Below are positions 10,794 to 20,534 of a stretch of DNA of 64,000 nt, piece by piece. Positions within the stretch are counted from its first letter, which is position 1; each line of letters opens with the position of its first letter. The stretch is from the NCBI GenBank assembly GCA_944363535.1, contig CALVUG010000003.1, positions 307-64,306 on the forward strand. The letters are read 5' to 3'. Made by a program: the position numbers and the translations under genes. Source of the DNA: an uncultured Bacilli bacterium (GTDB lineage: Bacteria > Bacillota_I > Bacilli_A > RFN20 > CAG-826). The notes beneath the pieces were generated by a model. The model saw only the letters and a list, made by a program, of their open reading frames with translations, was not told where the DNA came from and ran no database searches.

Positions 10794-12440
10794 ATGTCCT
10801 ATACCCTTTTGATTGACGGCGAACAAAGAACTTATGATACGCCGATGAAATTACTCGATTTACTACCCGAACAAGACAAGAAAAAATATTACGCCGCCCG
10901 CGTCGACCGTCGCGTTAGACCATTAACGTATGAAATTAATGAAGATGCGATCGTCACTTGGCTAGATCTTAGCGATAGGCAAGCCTGCCAATTCTATGAA
11001 AACTCTTTACGTTATTTAATCTGTATGGCTTTCTATCGACTTTATCCGAAGGCAAAAATTAGATTATCTTACAATGTTTCACGTTCTATCTTCTTAGAGA
11101 TTTTAGATAAATCCATCCAAGTGAACATGAACTTGGTCGAAGAGATAAGAGCGAAGATGGAAGAAATCGTTAAAGAAGATTATCCTCTCGTCTTAAAAAG
11201 ATGTAGCAAGGAAGAAATAACGGAAATCTATAAAGAAGAAGGTTACGACGATAAAGTCCAAATCTTACCTTATAGACCAGAAGAAATTTGTCACTATCAC
11301 GAATGTGATGGCTATAAAAATTATATGTATGGTCAACTCGTCCCCTCCACTGGTTACATCTCCAAGTGGCAGATGAGACTTTATCTTCCTGGTATCTTAT
11401 TCCAATATCCACGCTATGAAACGAAAGGTGAAATTCCTCCTTTCCAAGATGCCCCTACTTTCGGCAAAGTCTTAAAAGAGATGCACAACTGGGGTCGTAT
11501 CGCCGGTGCGGATTCGATCGCGGGCATCAATAAACATATCGACCAAGATGGTTCAATTGATTTTATCAATATGTGCGAAGCAAGACACAATAAGATGTTC
11601 GTCGAATTAGGTGATCAAATCGAAGAAAATATCGATAATATTCGTCTCATCTGCATCGCTGGTCCATCAAGTTCAGGCAAGACGACGTTCGCTAATAGAC
11701 TTAGAACGGAACTACTTAGCCGTGGCATTAGACCAATTCGTATTTCGATCGATGATTATTATTTACCACGTAGTCTCGCTCCAAAAGATGAACATGGTGA
11801 ACCTGATTTAGAAAGCATTTATGCTTTAGATATCGATCTATTCAACAAGAATATGGCAGATTTAATTTCTGGTCTCGAAGTTGAATTACCTAAATTTGAT
11901 TTCATGTTAGGCAAAAGAGTAAAAGGAAGAAAACTTCGTGTCGCTATAGATGAGCCGATCATCATCGAAGGAATCCATGCTTTAAATGAAAAGCTCACTA
12001 ATTTAATTCCAAAGCACCAAAAATTTAAAATCTACATCGCTCCACAAGCCCAAATTAATATCGATAATCATAACCCACTATCGCTCACCGATTTACGTCT
12101 ATTAAGACGTATCATCCGTGATAACCGTACAAGAAATGCTTCCGCTATCGATACGATCAAGATGTGGCCAAGCGTACGTATGGGCGAATTCAAATGGATT
12201 TATGATACGCAAGAAGGCGCAAATTACGTCTTTAATTCCTTATTAAGTTATGAAATTTCCGCGATGAAAAAATACGCTATTCCATTACTTAATAACGTCG
12301 ACCGTAATAGCGAATTCTATCCGATGGTCGAAAGACTTATTCGTACTTATAAATTCTTCGAACAAATCGATGATAAATTTATCCCATGCAATTCTCTCAT
12401 GAGAGAATTCATCGGTGGATCATGTTACGAAGGTGAATGA
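10794..12440 (+). CDS. Uridine/nucleoside kinase-family protein with a long N-terminal TGS-like extension
   Basis: 548 aa. P-loop AGPSSSGKTTFANRL and a PRK/Udk-like C-terminal half. The N-terminal ~280 aa resembles the TGS/ThrRS-like extension seen in long Firmicute Udk homologues. SD GAGGT. Confidence 0.7.
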   Translation: MSYTLLIDGEQRTYDTPMKLLDLLPEQDKKKYYAARVDRRVRPLTYEINEDAIVTWLDLSDRQACQFYENSLRYLICMAFYRLYPKAKIRLSYNVSRSIFLEILDKSIQVNMNLVEEIRAKMEEIVKEDYPLVLKRCSKEEITEIYKEEGYDDKVQILPYRPEEICHYHECDGYKNYMYGQLVPSTGYISKWQMRLYLPGILFQYPRYETKGEIPPFQDAPTFGKVLKEMHNWGRIAGADSIAGINKHIDQDGSIDFINMCEARHNKMFVELGDQIEENIDNIRLICIAGPSSSGKTTFANRLRTELLSRGIRPIRISIDDYYLPRSLAPKDEHGEPDLESIYALDIDLFNKNMADLISGLEVELPKFDFMLGKRVKGRKLRVAIDEPIIIEGIHALNEKLTNLIPKHQKFKIYIAPQAQINIDNHNPLSLTDLRLLRRIIRDNRTRNASAIDTIKMWPSVRMGEFKWIYDTQEGANYVFNSLLSYEISAMKKYAIPLLNNVDRNSEFYPMVERLIRTYKFFEQIDDKFIPCNSLMREFIGGSCYEGE

Positions 12441-13534
12441 GATTTCGCTTTATTAGAAGCGATGAATTTATTTCTTTCTTCGATGTAAATTTCTTTAATA
12501 TCTTGCATGTAAGCGTTACGCATTTCTAAGTAACGCTTTTTGCTTGCTTCATCGACGCTTTTGACGTAAAGATTAGTGAATATCGGTTCGACTCTAAAAA
12601 ACGATTCATATAAATTTATAAGACTTGCTTTAGCAAAATATTCTTTTCGAGAAAAGATTAATAAAGGCGAAGAGTGAGCAATTTCAGAAGACATTTCATA
12701 CCATTTCGCATAATTACTTAATCCAGCTGCGACTTCTAAACCATTGCGGAAATTTAGTTTAAAGCCATCAATTTTATTAGTTTCCACTGCATCATAAAGC
12801 CAACCGTATTCGATAAATTTTTTCATATCTTTCGATTTGAGGTCATGTGCTTTCATCTTCTCTTTTAATTCGATAAAAATATTATCTTGCTTAGTTTTAT
12901 CTTCGATGGCGTTTCTAAACGCTAAAGAGTAGACCATATGTCTTAAATAAGCATCAAGACCTTCTTTTTTAGTTTTAACTAAGACGAGTAAAATACATTC
13001 TGATTCATGCATCGTTCGCCACGTGGAAAATGCTTCCGTTTCAAAACCTGCTAAGATGAGATCGACGATACATCTTGCTAAGAAGATGACTTTTTCTAAG
13101 ATATCGAAACGGATATCGTTTTTATTTTTGGCGCGGATGATTGGCAAACTTGAAAGCATAAAAGAAATCATCGTCATGATGTTAGAAATAACTGGTGAGT
13201 ATTTAGAATATAAGCCGTGTGTCTTAATTGAAAATAATTCGATGGTGACAAACTTATCGACGACGCGGTTAACAAGTCCTGCGATGAAAGTTTCATCATA
13301 TTTAATATCTTTTTTATCACTTAAATAAAGTAGTTCTCCAATTGCATAATTTAAAATGATGGATGAATTGATAATTTGATAAGTAGCGATGACTTTATTA
13401 TCTTTAAGATAATCGATTGCAGAACATGCTTCAAAATAAACACGATATAAAATCTCTAAAGAAACTTTATCTTCCATCTTTAAGTTTTCTAATGTCTTAG
13501 CGACAAGTTCTTTACTTATCAAGATTGTTTTCAT
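12425..13534 (-). CDS. Hypothetical all-alpha protein, translationally coupled to addA
   Basis: 369-aa intact ORF. AGGAGG SD lies inside the addA 3' end and the gene overlaps addA by 23 nt. No signal peptide, TM segment or catalytic motif that I recognise. Confidence 0.65.
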   Translation of the reverse strand: MKTILISKELVAKTLENLKMEDKVSLEILYRVYFEACSAIDYLKDNKVIATYQIINSSIILNYAIGELLYLSDKKDIKYDETFIAGLVNRVVDKFVTIELFSIKTHGLYSKYSPVISNIMTMISFMLSSLPIIRAKNKNDIRFDILEKVIFLARCIVDLILAGFETEAFSTWRTMHESECILLVLVKTKKEGLDAYLRHMVYSLAFRNAIEDKTKQDNIFIELKEKMKAHDLKSKDMKKFIEYGWLYDAVETNKIDGFKLNFRNGLEVAAGLSNYAKWYEMSSEIAHSSPLLIFSRKEYFAKASLINLYESFFRVEPIFTNLYVKSVDEASKKRYLEMRNAYMQDIKEIYIEERNKFIASNKAKSHSPS

Positions 13535-16500
13535 CTGTCATCACCTCCTTATAAGTAGCTTTGATGACGCTTGCAAGATAAGTTCTAATCGGTAAATAAT
13601 TTTCATTAATCTTCTCTAGATAATGTTTATACATTCCTAACTGACGAACGTAATTTGGATCATCGATATTAGCAAATTTAAAATCGATGATATCGATGTG
13701 TTCATCGTAAATCAAGATTAAATCGATGAAGCCTGAAACATCTTCTTCATCATCATAATATGAAAATTCATGTAACGCTCTTGCGTCCTTTGCATTTTTA
13801 AAAAGATCTAGCTTCAAGAATCTATCGATATAATTTCTTTCTTTTTCATCTTGAATAAAACTTAGATCAACATTTTTAAAATCTATCTTTTCTAAATAGG
13901 CGTGTAACCTAGTGCCTAAATTAAGTAAGTCTTCATCCGCATTTGAGTTTTCAGCTTTTGAAGCACGAATTCTTTTCAAAGGTTTTAATAAATTTAATTT
14001 CGCGCATGGCTTAATTTCAAGTGTTGCCTTAACAGTTTCTTTTTTATCTTTTAAATCATTTAAGTTATTAGTAATAAGGTCATTCATCCTCATTAATGTT
14101 TCAAAATTTGCGTTTATGACTTCAGGATAATCTAAGAAAGAATAATCTTCATCCATTAGACCATAATAATAGAAATTAGAGAAAGTCGAACAATTTTCTT
14201 TAAGAACATTGGGAATCTTTTTCTTATTATTTAAGTTAGGTAAGGGAAGCAAAACGACGTTTTGTTTCTTGGCACGAGTCAAGCCGACATAAAGTAAACG
14301 AAGTCTTTCCATTGCGAGTTCAGAATTAATTTTATCGCTCAATTGATCTCTAAAAGGTGAACCAATATCACCAAAATCGTAACTTGGAATAAACATGCCT
14401 AATTTTTGGTCGAATAAAATAGATGATCTTGCATCTTCTAAATTAGGTGAGACATTATTAAATGGAAGATAAATATAATCAAATTCTAATCCTTTTGAGC
14501 CATGAATCGTCATAAGTTTCACACAGTTTTCAATATCTTCTTTAACTCGTATTTTCATGCTAACTTCATATTCATCCGCGTCGATGAAATAATTTAATAA
14601 ATCTAAAGCAGATTGGCCGAGTTCATCATAAGAAATTGCTAAAGATAAAATACGATCTAAAATCGCTAAGTTAAAATCATAATTATCGATTTTTAATAAA
14701 TTTTTATAAATATCAAATTGCTCATAAATTGATAAAATCAAATCTCTGATAGATAAGTTATCCTTTTCTAGATTCAATCTATCGACAATTTTATATAAAT
14801 CATAAGAAGAATAAGTTTTATTTTTTGCTAGGTTCGCTAATTCTTCATCGCTTATTTCGTAAATAAAAGAACGTAAAATAGAGATAAAAGAATGGTTAAA
14901 TTCCATCTTTTTACTTTCATCATGAATATAAAATATCAATTTTAGAATATTTTTAATAACTAAATAGATATCGTCCATTTCGACATTATCTTCTCTTTCA
15001 ATAGATAGAGGTATGGAATATTTGTCAAAAATCTTTTTGATGAAATTAAACTTATTTGCTCTATCAATTAAGATAGTAAAATTAGAGAAATTTAAACTAT
15101 TTTTACTCTCTTTAATTCTTCTTAAAATATCAAGCGCAATATAAGTAACTTCAAATTCATCTTTATCGATATTTTCTGAAATTTCACTAGCGGAGTAAGT
15201 TACTACTTGTATGCCTTTATCTACACCATATTTTCCTTGTAATGGTTCCATCGCGTGACCGTTATTATAATCGTATTCTTGATAAGGTGGTTTCATAACT
15301 TTTGCAAAAAATAAGTTTATAGCGTTAATTACTTCTACAGTTGGTCGATAATTTGTTTTTAAAATGTGAGTTTCACCACCTTCATTTTTATTAAATTTAT
15401 TCATCTTTTCTAGGAATAAATCAGGATTCGCATTTCTAAATCGATAGATAGATTGTTTAATATCCCCTACTTGGAAAACATTGTTGTTTTTAATTAAATT
15501 AATCGTTTCTTCTTGTAAATCAGATGTATCTTGATATTCGTCGATCATAATGTAATCAAACATAGATGAAATTTCTTTTCGTACCGAATCATTTTCTTTC
15601 AATAATTTGATGAGATATTTAGCAATATCAATAAAGTCAAACGCATTATTGCGTTTCTTAAAATCTAAAAGCCTGCGATGTAATTCCTTAATAATTTCTA
15701 AAACTATTTCGATATGCTTTTTGCTATTTCGGTAAGTTAAAAGCATCTTTTCCTTGCTTACGAAATGATGAGATTCAGAATAATCATTATGGTCTTTAAT
15801 ATATTCTAAAACGGTTTTTAATCGATAATGGAAATCTTTACTCGCAACGTCTCCTTTTACTCTACCAAATTTAAAATCATTTAACGCTATTAAGTCATCA
15901 TAATCCCTACATGATAAGGCAATCATGAAAGTATTGTAAATCTCATCATTTAACTCGTAATTATTTATATCGTATTCATATTTTAATGTTTTTAATTTAT
16001 CCATTATTTCTTCATAATAATCATCTAAAGATTTAATAAATTCATTTTCATCATAAAAATTTAAAAAATAATTATTGATATATTTTTCTGTATCAGGAAT
16101 AATTTCAAACTTTTTGAAAAGTTTTCTAATGACCTTATTTTTAATATTTTCATCATCTTTAGAAGAAAATTGGGTGATGAAATTTAAAAATCTTTCATCT
16201 TGTTTTTTATAAAATTCATTAAAAATCTCTTGGATAAGACGACTAGTTTCAATTTCTAAAATACCTTTATCTAGAATGGTAACATTCGCATCTAGGTTCA
16301 ATAAATTATGATATCTTCGCACCATCGCTAAGCAAAATGAATCGAAAGTTTCAATGTGTGCTAAATCGACCTTACTAGCGGCTTCAAAATTGCCAACTTT
16401 AATTAAAAGATTTTTTATTCTTTCACCCATTTGTTTGGCTGCTTCCTTAGTGAAAGTTAAAATAAGTAATTTCTCGACAGGAGTACCTTCTAAAATAAGT

Positions 16501-16643
16501 TTAACTGTTCTACTTGATAAAACTTTTGTTTTGCCTGAACCCGCTGAGGCTGAGACAAGAAATTCACCATTGCTTGTTATTGCAGCGGCTTCTTGAGCAG
16601 GATTAAGCTTTTCACTTTTTATAAACTCATCAGCAGTAATCAT
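13512..16643 (-). CDS. addA: ATP-dependent helicase/nuclease subunit A
   Basis: Start set at ATG 16643 (MITADEF..., GGGGG SD, 1 nt after the addB stop). UvrD motif I SAGSGKTKVL, motif II IDEYQDT, and C-terminal RecB-type nuclease GFIDLI...IIDFKF. Confidence 0.85.
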   Translation of the reverse strand: MITADEFIKSEKLNPAQEAAAITSNGEFLVSASAGSGKTKVLSSRTVKLILEGTPVEKLLILTFTKEAAKQMGERIKNLLIKVGNFEAASKVDLAHIETFDSFCLAMVRRYHNLLNLDANVTILDKGILEIETSRLIQEIFNEFYKKQDERFLNFITQFSSKDDENIKNKVIRKLFKKFEIIPDTEKYINNYFLNFYDENEFIKSLDDYYEEIMDKLKTLKYEYDINNYELNDEIYNTFMIALSCRDYDDLIALNDFKFGRVKGDVASKDFHYRLKTVLEYIKDHNDYSESHHFVSKEKMLLTYRNSKKHIEIVLEIIKELHRRLLDFKKRNNAFDFIDIAKYLIKLLKENDSVRKEISSMFDYIMIDEYQDTSDLQEETINLIKNNNVFQVGDIKQSIYRFRNANPDLFLEKMNKFNKNEGGETHILKTNYRPTVEVINAINLFFAKVMKPPYQEYDYNNGHAMEPLQGKYGVDKGIQVVTYSASEISENIDKDEFEVTYIALDILRRIKESKNSLNFSNFTILIDRANKFNFIKKIFDKYSIPLSIEREDNVEMDDIYLVIKNILKLIFYIHDESKKMEFNHSFISILRSFIYEISDEELANLAKNKTYSSYDLYKIVDRLNLEKDNLSIRDLILSIYEQFDIYKNLLKIDNYDFNLAILDRILSLAISYDELGQSALDLLNYFIDADEYEVSMKIRVKEDIENCVKLMTIHGSKGLEFDYIYLPFNNVSPNLEDARSSILFDQKLGMFIPSYDFGDIGSPFRDQLSDKINSELAMERLRLLYVGLTRAKKQNVVLLPLPNLNNKKKIPNVLKENCSTFSNFYYYGLMDEDYSFLDYPEVINANFETLMRMNDLITNNLNDLKDKKETVKATLEIKPCAKLNLLKPLKRIRASKAENSNADEDLLNLGTRLHAYLEKIDFKNVDLSFIQDEKERNYIDRFLKLDLFKNAKDARALHEFSYYDDEEDVSGFIDLILIYDEHIDIIDFKFANIDDPNYVRQLGMYKHYLEKINENYLPIRTYLASVIKATYKEVMTDENNLDK

Positions 16644-16644
16644 C

Positions 16645-18966
16645 TTAACCCCCTTTTTTTGAAATTTTAGTGACCATTTCGTCTTTTCTAAAACAAATGT
16701 CTCTAAAATTACAATATTTGCAACTATTAAAATCATTGCCCATATCTTTTGGATTTATGTCAAATTCGAAATTTTTGATGCGTCTTATTGCATCATTCAA
16801 TAAATCTTCCGTACGTTTATTGACTGCTTTTTCTTGACCTAATTTAATATTCGGACCATTAGATGAATAAGAATAATTAGTTTTAAAGCCTTTAAAATAT
16901 AAACTACTTCTAAGATTATTGTCTTCTAAAGAAGTATCTAGTTTCTTAAAACCGTTTAAATCAAATGTTAACCCGTTAAATTTTTCTTTTTCGATACTTT
17001 CTTTAATTAATTGGTCGTTGCTCTTCATAGAAGATGGATAAAAAACACGAATGTAAGTTCCAACAATTTGTTTAGAAGCATATTCTTTTTCTCTAGAAAG
17101 TAATAAAGAATAAAAAGGTAATTGCAAAGATAAGCCATAATTTGCTAAAAAATCATTATACAAATCGTTATCGGAAGATTTGTAATCGATAATGGCATAA
17201 TATTTATCCATATCCACAAGCATATCAATTTTACCAAGTAACTTTGTATTATCGATATAGTCAATAACAAATGTCTTTTCTTTGATTAATGAATAAGGCT
17301 CTTCAATTTGAAGATAAAATTTTTTTAATAATTCTGCGTTGGTGACGATTACCTTTTTCATCTTTTCTTTAAGCGCAAGTTCGTTAATTTTCCAAGTGTA
17401 ATTTTTAAAGCAATGTTCAAATACTTGATTAAAATCTATTTCTTTATCGATATCAATTTGTTCAAAAACTTTATGTGCGAGTTCGCCTAATTTTAAATGG
17501 ATAGATTCAGAATTATCAGAAATATTAAGAACATGAGAAACAAAATATTTAAAATGACATTCAAAATAAGACTTAATGTGCGAGTAAGAAATAGGGTTTT
17601 TAAAGAAAAGATGCGAATTTTTAAAATTGATAAAAGATGGATCATATAGTTTTGGAAGATCATCACTTAAACTATTTTGATACGCTATAAACATATTATT
17701 CGAATCATTATATTTATCGTTTTTCTCCTTAATCTTTTTAAAATAAGTTAAGGAAGCATTTTTAGAAAAGGAAGCATCTAATTTAATATCTTTTAAATAA
17801 TTTCCTAACATATTAAGTTCATTAACAAATGGTGAAAGAGAAATATTCTCACTTCCTTCAACTTTATGATATGTAAATATTAATTTTAAGTCTGAATGTA
17901 ATAAATTAGTGCAACGCTCCTTTTCAAAATTAGATAATGTTAAATTAGAAGTTAGATGTAGTTTTTGAGAAGTTTCTTCATCTAAACCATGAAATGCATC
18001 ATATACTTTTGGAAAAGATGAATTTGCGAAATTTAAAATAAATAAGTATTTACCTTCAAAAGCATCGAAATCTTCGACAATCTTAATCTTAGATTTTTCT
18101 TTTAAAACTTCGACATCACTATCTAAAAATAAAGCTTTAAAAAATTCAATTTTTCTTTGATGATCAAAATTAAGATTTAAATAAGGTTCCACTAGGTTAT
18201 AAAAATTATCGAAATCATTAGGATAACTTTCTTTTAAGGCATCTAAATTAGTCTCGTTAAATTCGTCTAATTTTAAAAAAGATTTTGCAATAGGCAAGTA
18301 AATAACTTTAATTTTAGAAGGATAATTTAAACCTAGGTGATAACAATTTTCAAGACGATGAATGGAAAGTAAATAAGTATCGTTAAGCCCATAAATTCCA
18401 ATATCTAAAGGATCAATTAAATTATTATTTTCATCGCCTTCACTTACAAGCGAAGCAATTTTATTATAAACATAGTATAATTCATCATCTAGGTTGTTAA
18501 ATATTAAATAAGAAAGATTTTCAATGGGCTTTGCCGCATTAATCGAAGCAAAAACAGGATTAAATCCTAATTTTTCTTTTAAAAATAATAAGAGTTCGTC
18601 ATTTTTTGAATAACCTTCAACTCTTAAAGTTAATCCTTTTAAATCATCTAAATTATTGGATTTGATGTACAAGTTATTATCGATGAGATATCGTTTCATT
18701 TCCGCTAATTTTATAAGTTTAGGATCAAAAGTATTTTCATCGACATATATTAAGTTATTAAAATTCTCTTTTGCGTCTCCATAACTTAAATTAAACTTAT
18801 TAACTAATGCTATAAAAGCTTGTTTTTTAAATGAACCATAATAAAGAGAAATTAAATCTTCCTTAGTGTAAAGTTTCACATCAGCAAAAACATCATTTTT
18901 ACGATATTTTTTAAGAATAATTTTATGTAAAGAATAAGGTGCAAGAATATTATAAATATGGCTCAT
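16645..18966 (-). CDS. addB: Helicase/nuclease subunit B, short form (AddB/RexB-like)
   Basis: 773 aa. Nuclease motif GKIDMLV...AIIDYKS. Iron-staple cysteines: one upstream (SYFECHFKY) plus C-terminal CKYCNFRDIC. No Walker A seen. Confidence 0.75.
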   Translation of the reverse strand: MSHIYNILAPYSLHKIILKKYRKNDVFADVKLYTKEDLISLYYGSFKKQAFIALVNKFNLSYGDAKENFNNLIYVDENTFDPKLIKLAEMKRYLIDNNLYIKSNNLDDLKGLTLRVEGYSKNDELLLFLKEKLGFNPVFASINAAKPIENLSYLIFNNLDDELYYVYNKIASLVSEGDENNNLIDPLDIGIYGLNDTYLLSIHRLENCYHLGLNYPSKIKVIYLPIAKSFLKLDEFNETNLDALKESYPNDFDNFYNLVEPYLNLNFDHQRKIEFFKALFLDSDVEVLKEKSKIKIVEDFDAFEGKYLFILNFANSSFPKVYDAFHGLDEETSQKLHLTSNLTLSNFEKERCTNLLHSDLKLIFTYHKVEGSENISLSPFVNELNMLGNYLKDIKLDASFSKNASLTYFKKIKEKNDKYNDSNNMFIAYQNSLSDDLPKLYDPSFINFKNSHLFFKNPISYSHIKSYFECHFKYFVSHVLNISDNSESIHLKLGELAHKVFEQIDIDKEIDFNQVFEHCFKNYTWKINELALKEKMKKVIVTNAELLKKFYLQIEEPYSLIKEKTFVIDYIDNTKLLGKIDMLVDMDKYYAIIDYKSSDNDLYNDFLANYGLSLQLPFYSLLLSREKEYASKQIVGTYIRVFYPSSMKSNDQLIKESIEKEKFNGLTFDLNGFKKLDTSLEDNNLRSSLYFKGFKTNYSYSSNGPNIKLGQEKAVNKRTEDLLNDAIRRIKNFEFDINPKDMGNDFNSCKYCNFRDICFRKDEMVTKISKKGG

Positions 18967-18973
18967 TTAAATC

Positions 18974-20455
18974 TTATTTTCCTTCCTTAAAACTAATCGC
19001 TGCTTTAACTGCGTTTTTCCATCCCTTAATCTTTTTATTTCTTGTTAACTCATCCATTTTAGGAGTAATAATTTTTTCATATGAATGAAGTTTCAAAATC
19101 TCTTCCATACTTTCAAAATAGCCAGTTGAAAGTCCAGCAAGATAAGCTGCACCTAAAGCAGTCACCTCGACGCAACTTGGTTTCTTTAAAGTCGCACCTA
19201 ATAAATCAGATTGAAATTGTAAGATGTAATTATTTTTAGAAGCTCCACCATCAACTTTTAAATCACCTAATTCAAAATTGATTTCATCTTCCATCGTCTT
19301 TATAACTTCATAACATTGATAAGCAATACTTTCTAGAGTGGCCTTAACAATTTCAAGTTGCGAACTATCGCGCGTTAAGCCAAATATGGCTCCCCTTACG
19401 TCATCGTCCCAATAAGGTGTACCAAGTCCAACAAAAGCTGGCACAAAATATAATTCATTATCGTTTCTTGCCTGATTGGCCTTATTTTCCGTCTCATCAG
19501 GGGTTTTAATAATCTTTAGTTGATCTCTAAGCCAACTAACAGCCGCTCCACCGACGAAGACGCTACCTTCCAAAGCATAAGTGACTTCATCGCCTATTTT
19601 CCACGCTATCGTAGAAAGTAAACCATTTTTTGAATTAACAATTTCACTTCCGGTATTTAAAAGCATGAAGCAACCTGTACCATACGTATTTTTATATTCA
19701 CCTTTTTTAAAGCAAGCATGACCAAATAATGAAGCTTGTTGATCACCCGCCACACCGGTAATAGGTGTATCCACTCTAAAAAATGATGCTTTAGCGAAAT
19801 ATCCACTCGATGCTTGAACACGTGGAAGCATAATTCTAGGAATATTAAATAAATTTAATAATTCATCGTCCCATTCATTTGTGTGGATATTATAAAGTAA
19901 AGTTCTAGAAGCGTTACTGACGTCTGTAGCAAAACTTTGCCCATTACTTAATTTATAGATGAGCCAAGTATCGATCGTACCAAATAAAATTTCTCCATTT
20001 TCCGCTCTAACTTGCCCGTCTTCAATCTTATCTAACAAATAACGAATCTTTGAGGCACTAAAATAAGGATTTAATCTTAAGCCAGTCTTCTCATAAATTA
20101 ATTGTTCTTTATCTCTTCTTTCTTCACAAATTTCTAAAGATTGTCTCGATTGCCAAACGATAGCGTTACTTAAAGGCATACCAGATTTATCGAAGAGTAC
20201 AGTCGTTTCCCTTTGATTAGTTATACCAATACAATCGATATCATCAAATGTAGCGTTACTTTTGACGAGCAATTCATTGATTACATCAATGACAGAGAGC
20301 CAAATTTTTAAAGCATCAACTTCGACGTAACCAGCTTTAGGATAAATTAAAGGGATTTCTTTTTGTGCGATCGCTGCCATATGAGCGGACTTATCAAAAA
20401 GTATCGCACGCGAAGAAGTCGTTCCTTGATCGATAGATAAAATATATTTTTTCAT
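18974..20455 (-). CDS. glpK: Glycerol kinase
   Basis: 493 aa. Motifs SIDQGTTSSRAILF, GDQQASLFG and FGGASKNN-like DGGASKNN. Confidence 0.95.
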   Translation of the reverse strand: MKKYILSIDQGTTSSRAILFDKSAHMAAIAQKEIPLIYPKAGYVEVDALKIWLSVIDVINELLVKSNATFDDIDCIGITNQRETTVLFDKSGMPLSNAIVWQSRQSLEICEERRDKEQLIYEKTGLRLNPYFSASKIRYLLDKIEDGQVRAENGEILFGTIDTWLIYKLSNGQSFATDVSNASRTLLYNIHTNEWDDELLNLFNIPRIMLPRVQASSGYFAKASFFRVDTPITGVAGDQQASLFGHACFKKGEYKNTYGTGCFMLLNTGSEIVNSKNGLLSTIAWKIGDEVTYALEGSVFVGGAAVSWLRDQLKIIKTPDETENKANQARNDNELYFVPAFVGLGTPYWDDDVRGAIFGLTRDSSQLEIVKATLESIAYQCYEVIKTMEDEINFELGDLKVDGGASKNNYILQFQSDLLGATLKKPSCVEVTALGAAYLAGLSTGYFESMEEILKLHSYEKIITPKMDELTRNKKIKGWKNAVKAAISFKEGK

Positions 20456-20462
20456 GTTTCTA

Positions 20463-20468
20463 ATTATA
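20463..20468 (-). promoter_or_regulatory. -10 box TATAAT 7 nt upstream of glpK ATG
   Basis: Reverse strand reads TATAAT-tagaaac-ATG with no SD. Confidence 0.4.
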
Positions 20469-20534
20469 GACTAGATTCACTATATTTTTAATATAATGTG
20501 TGCAATGTAAGAAAAATATGCTTAATATTTAATT

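Noticed and set aside
16644-16736. N-terminal extension of addA given by the ORF track (start at 16736)
   Set aside because: The extension overlaps the addB 3' end. The ATG at 16643 has a GGGGG SD, sits 1 nt after the addB stop, and precedes the conserved helicase N-terminus.
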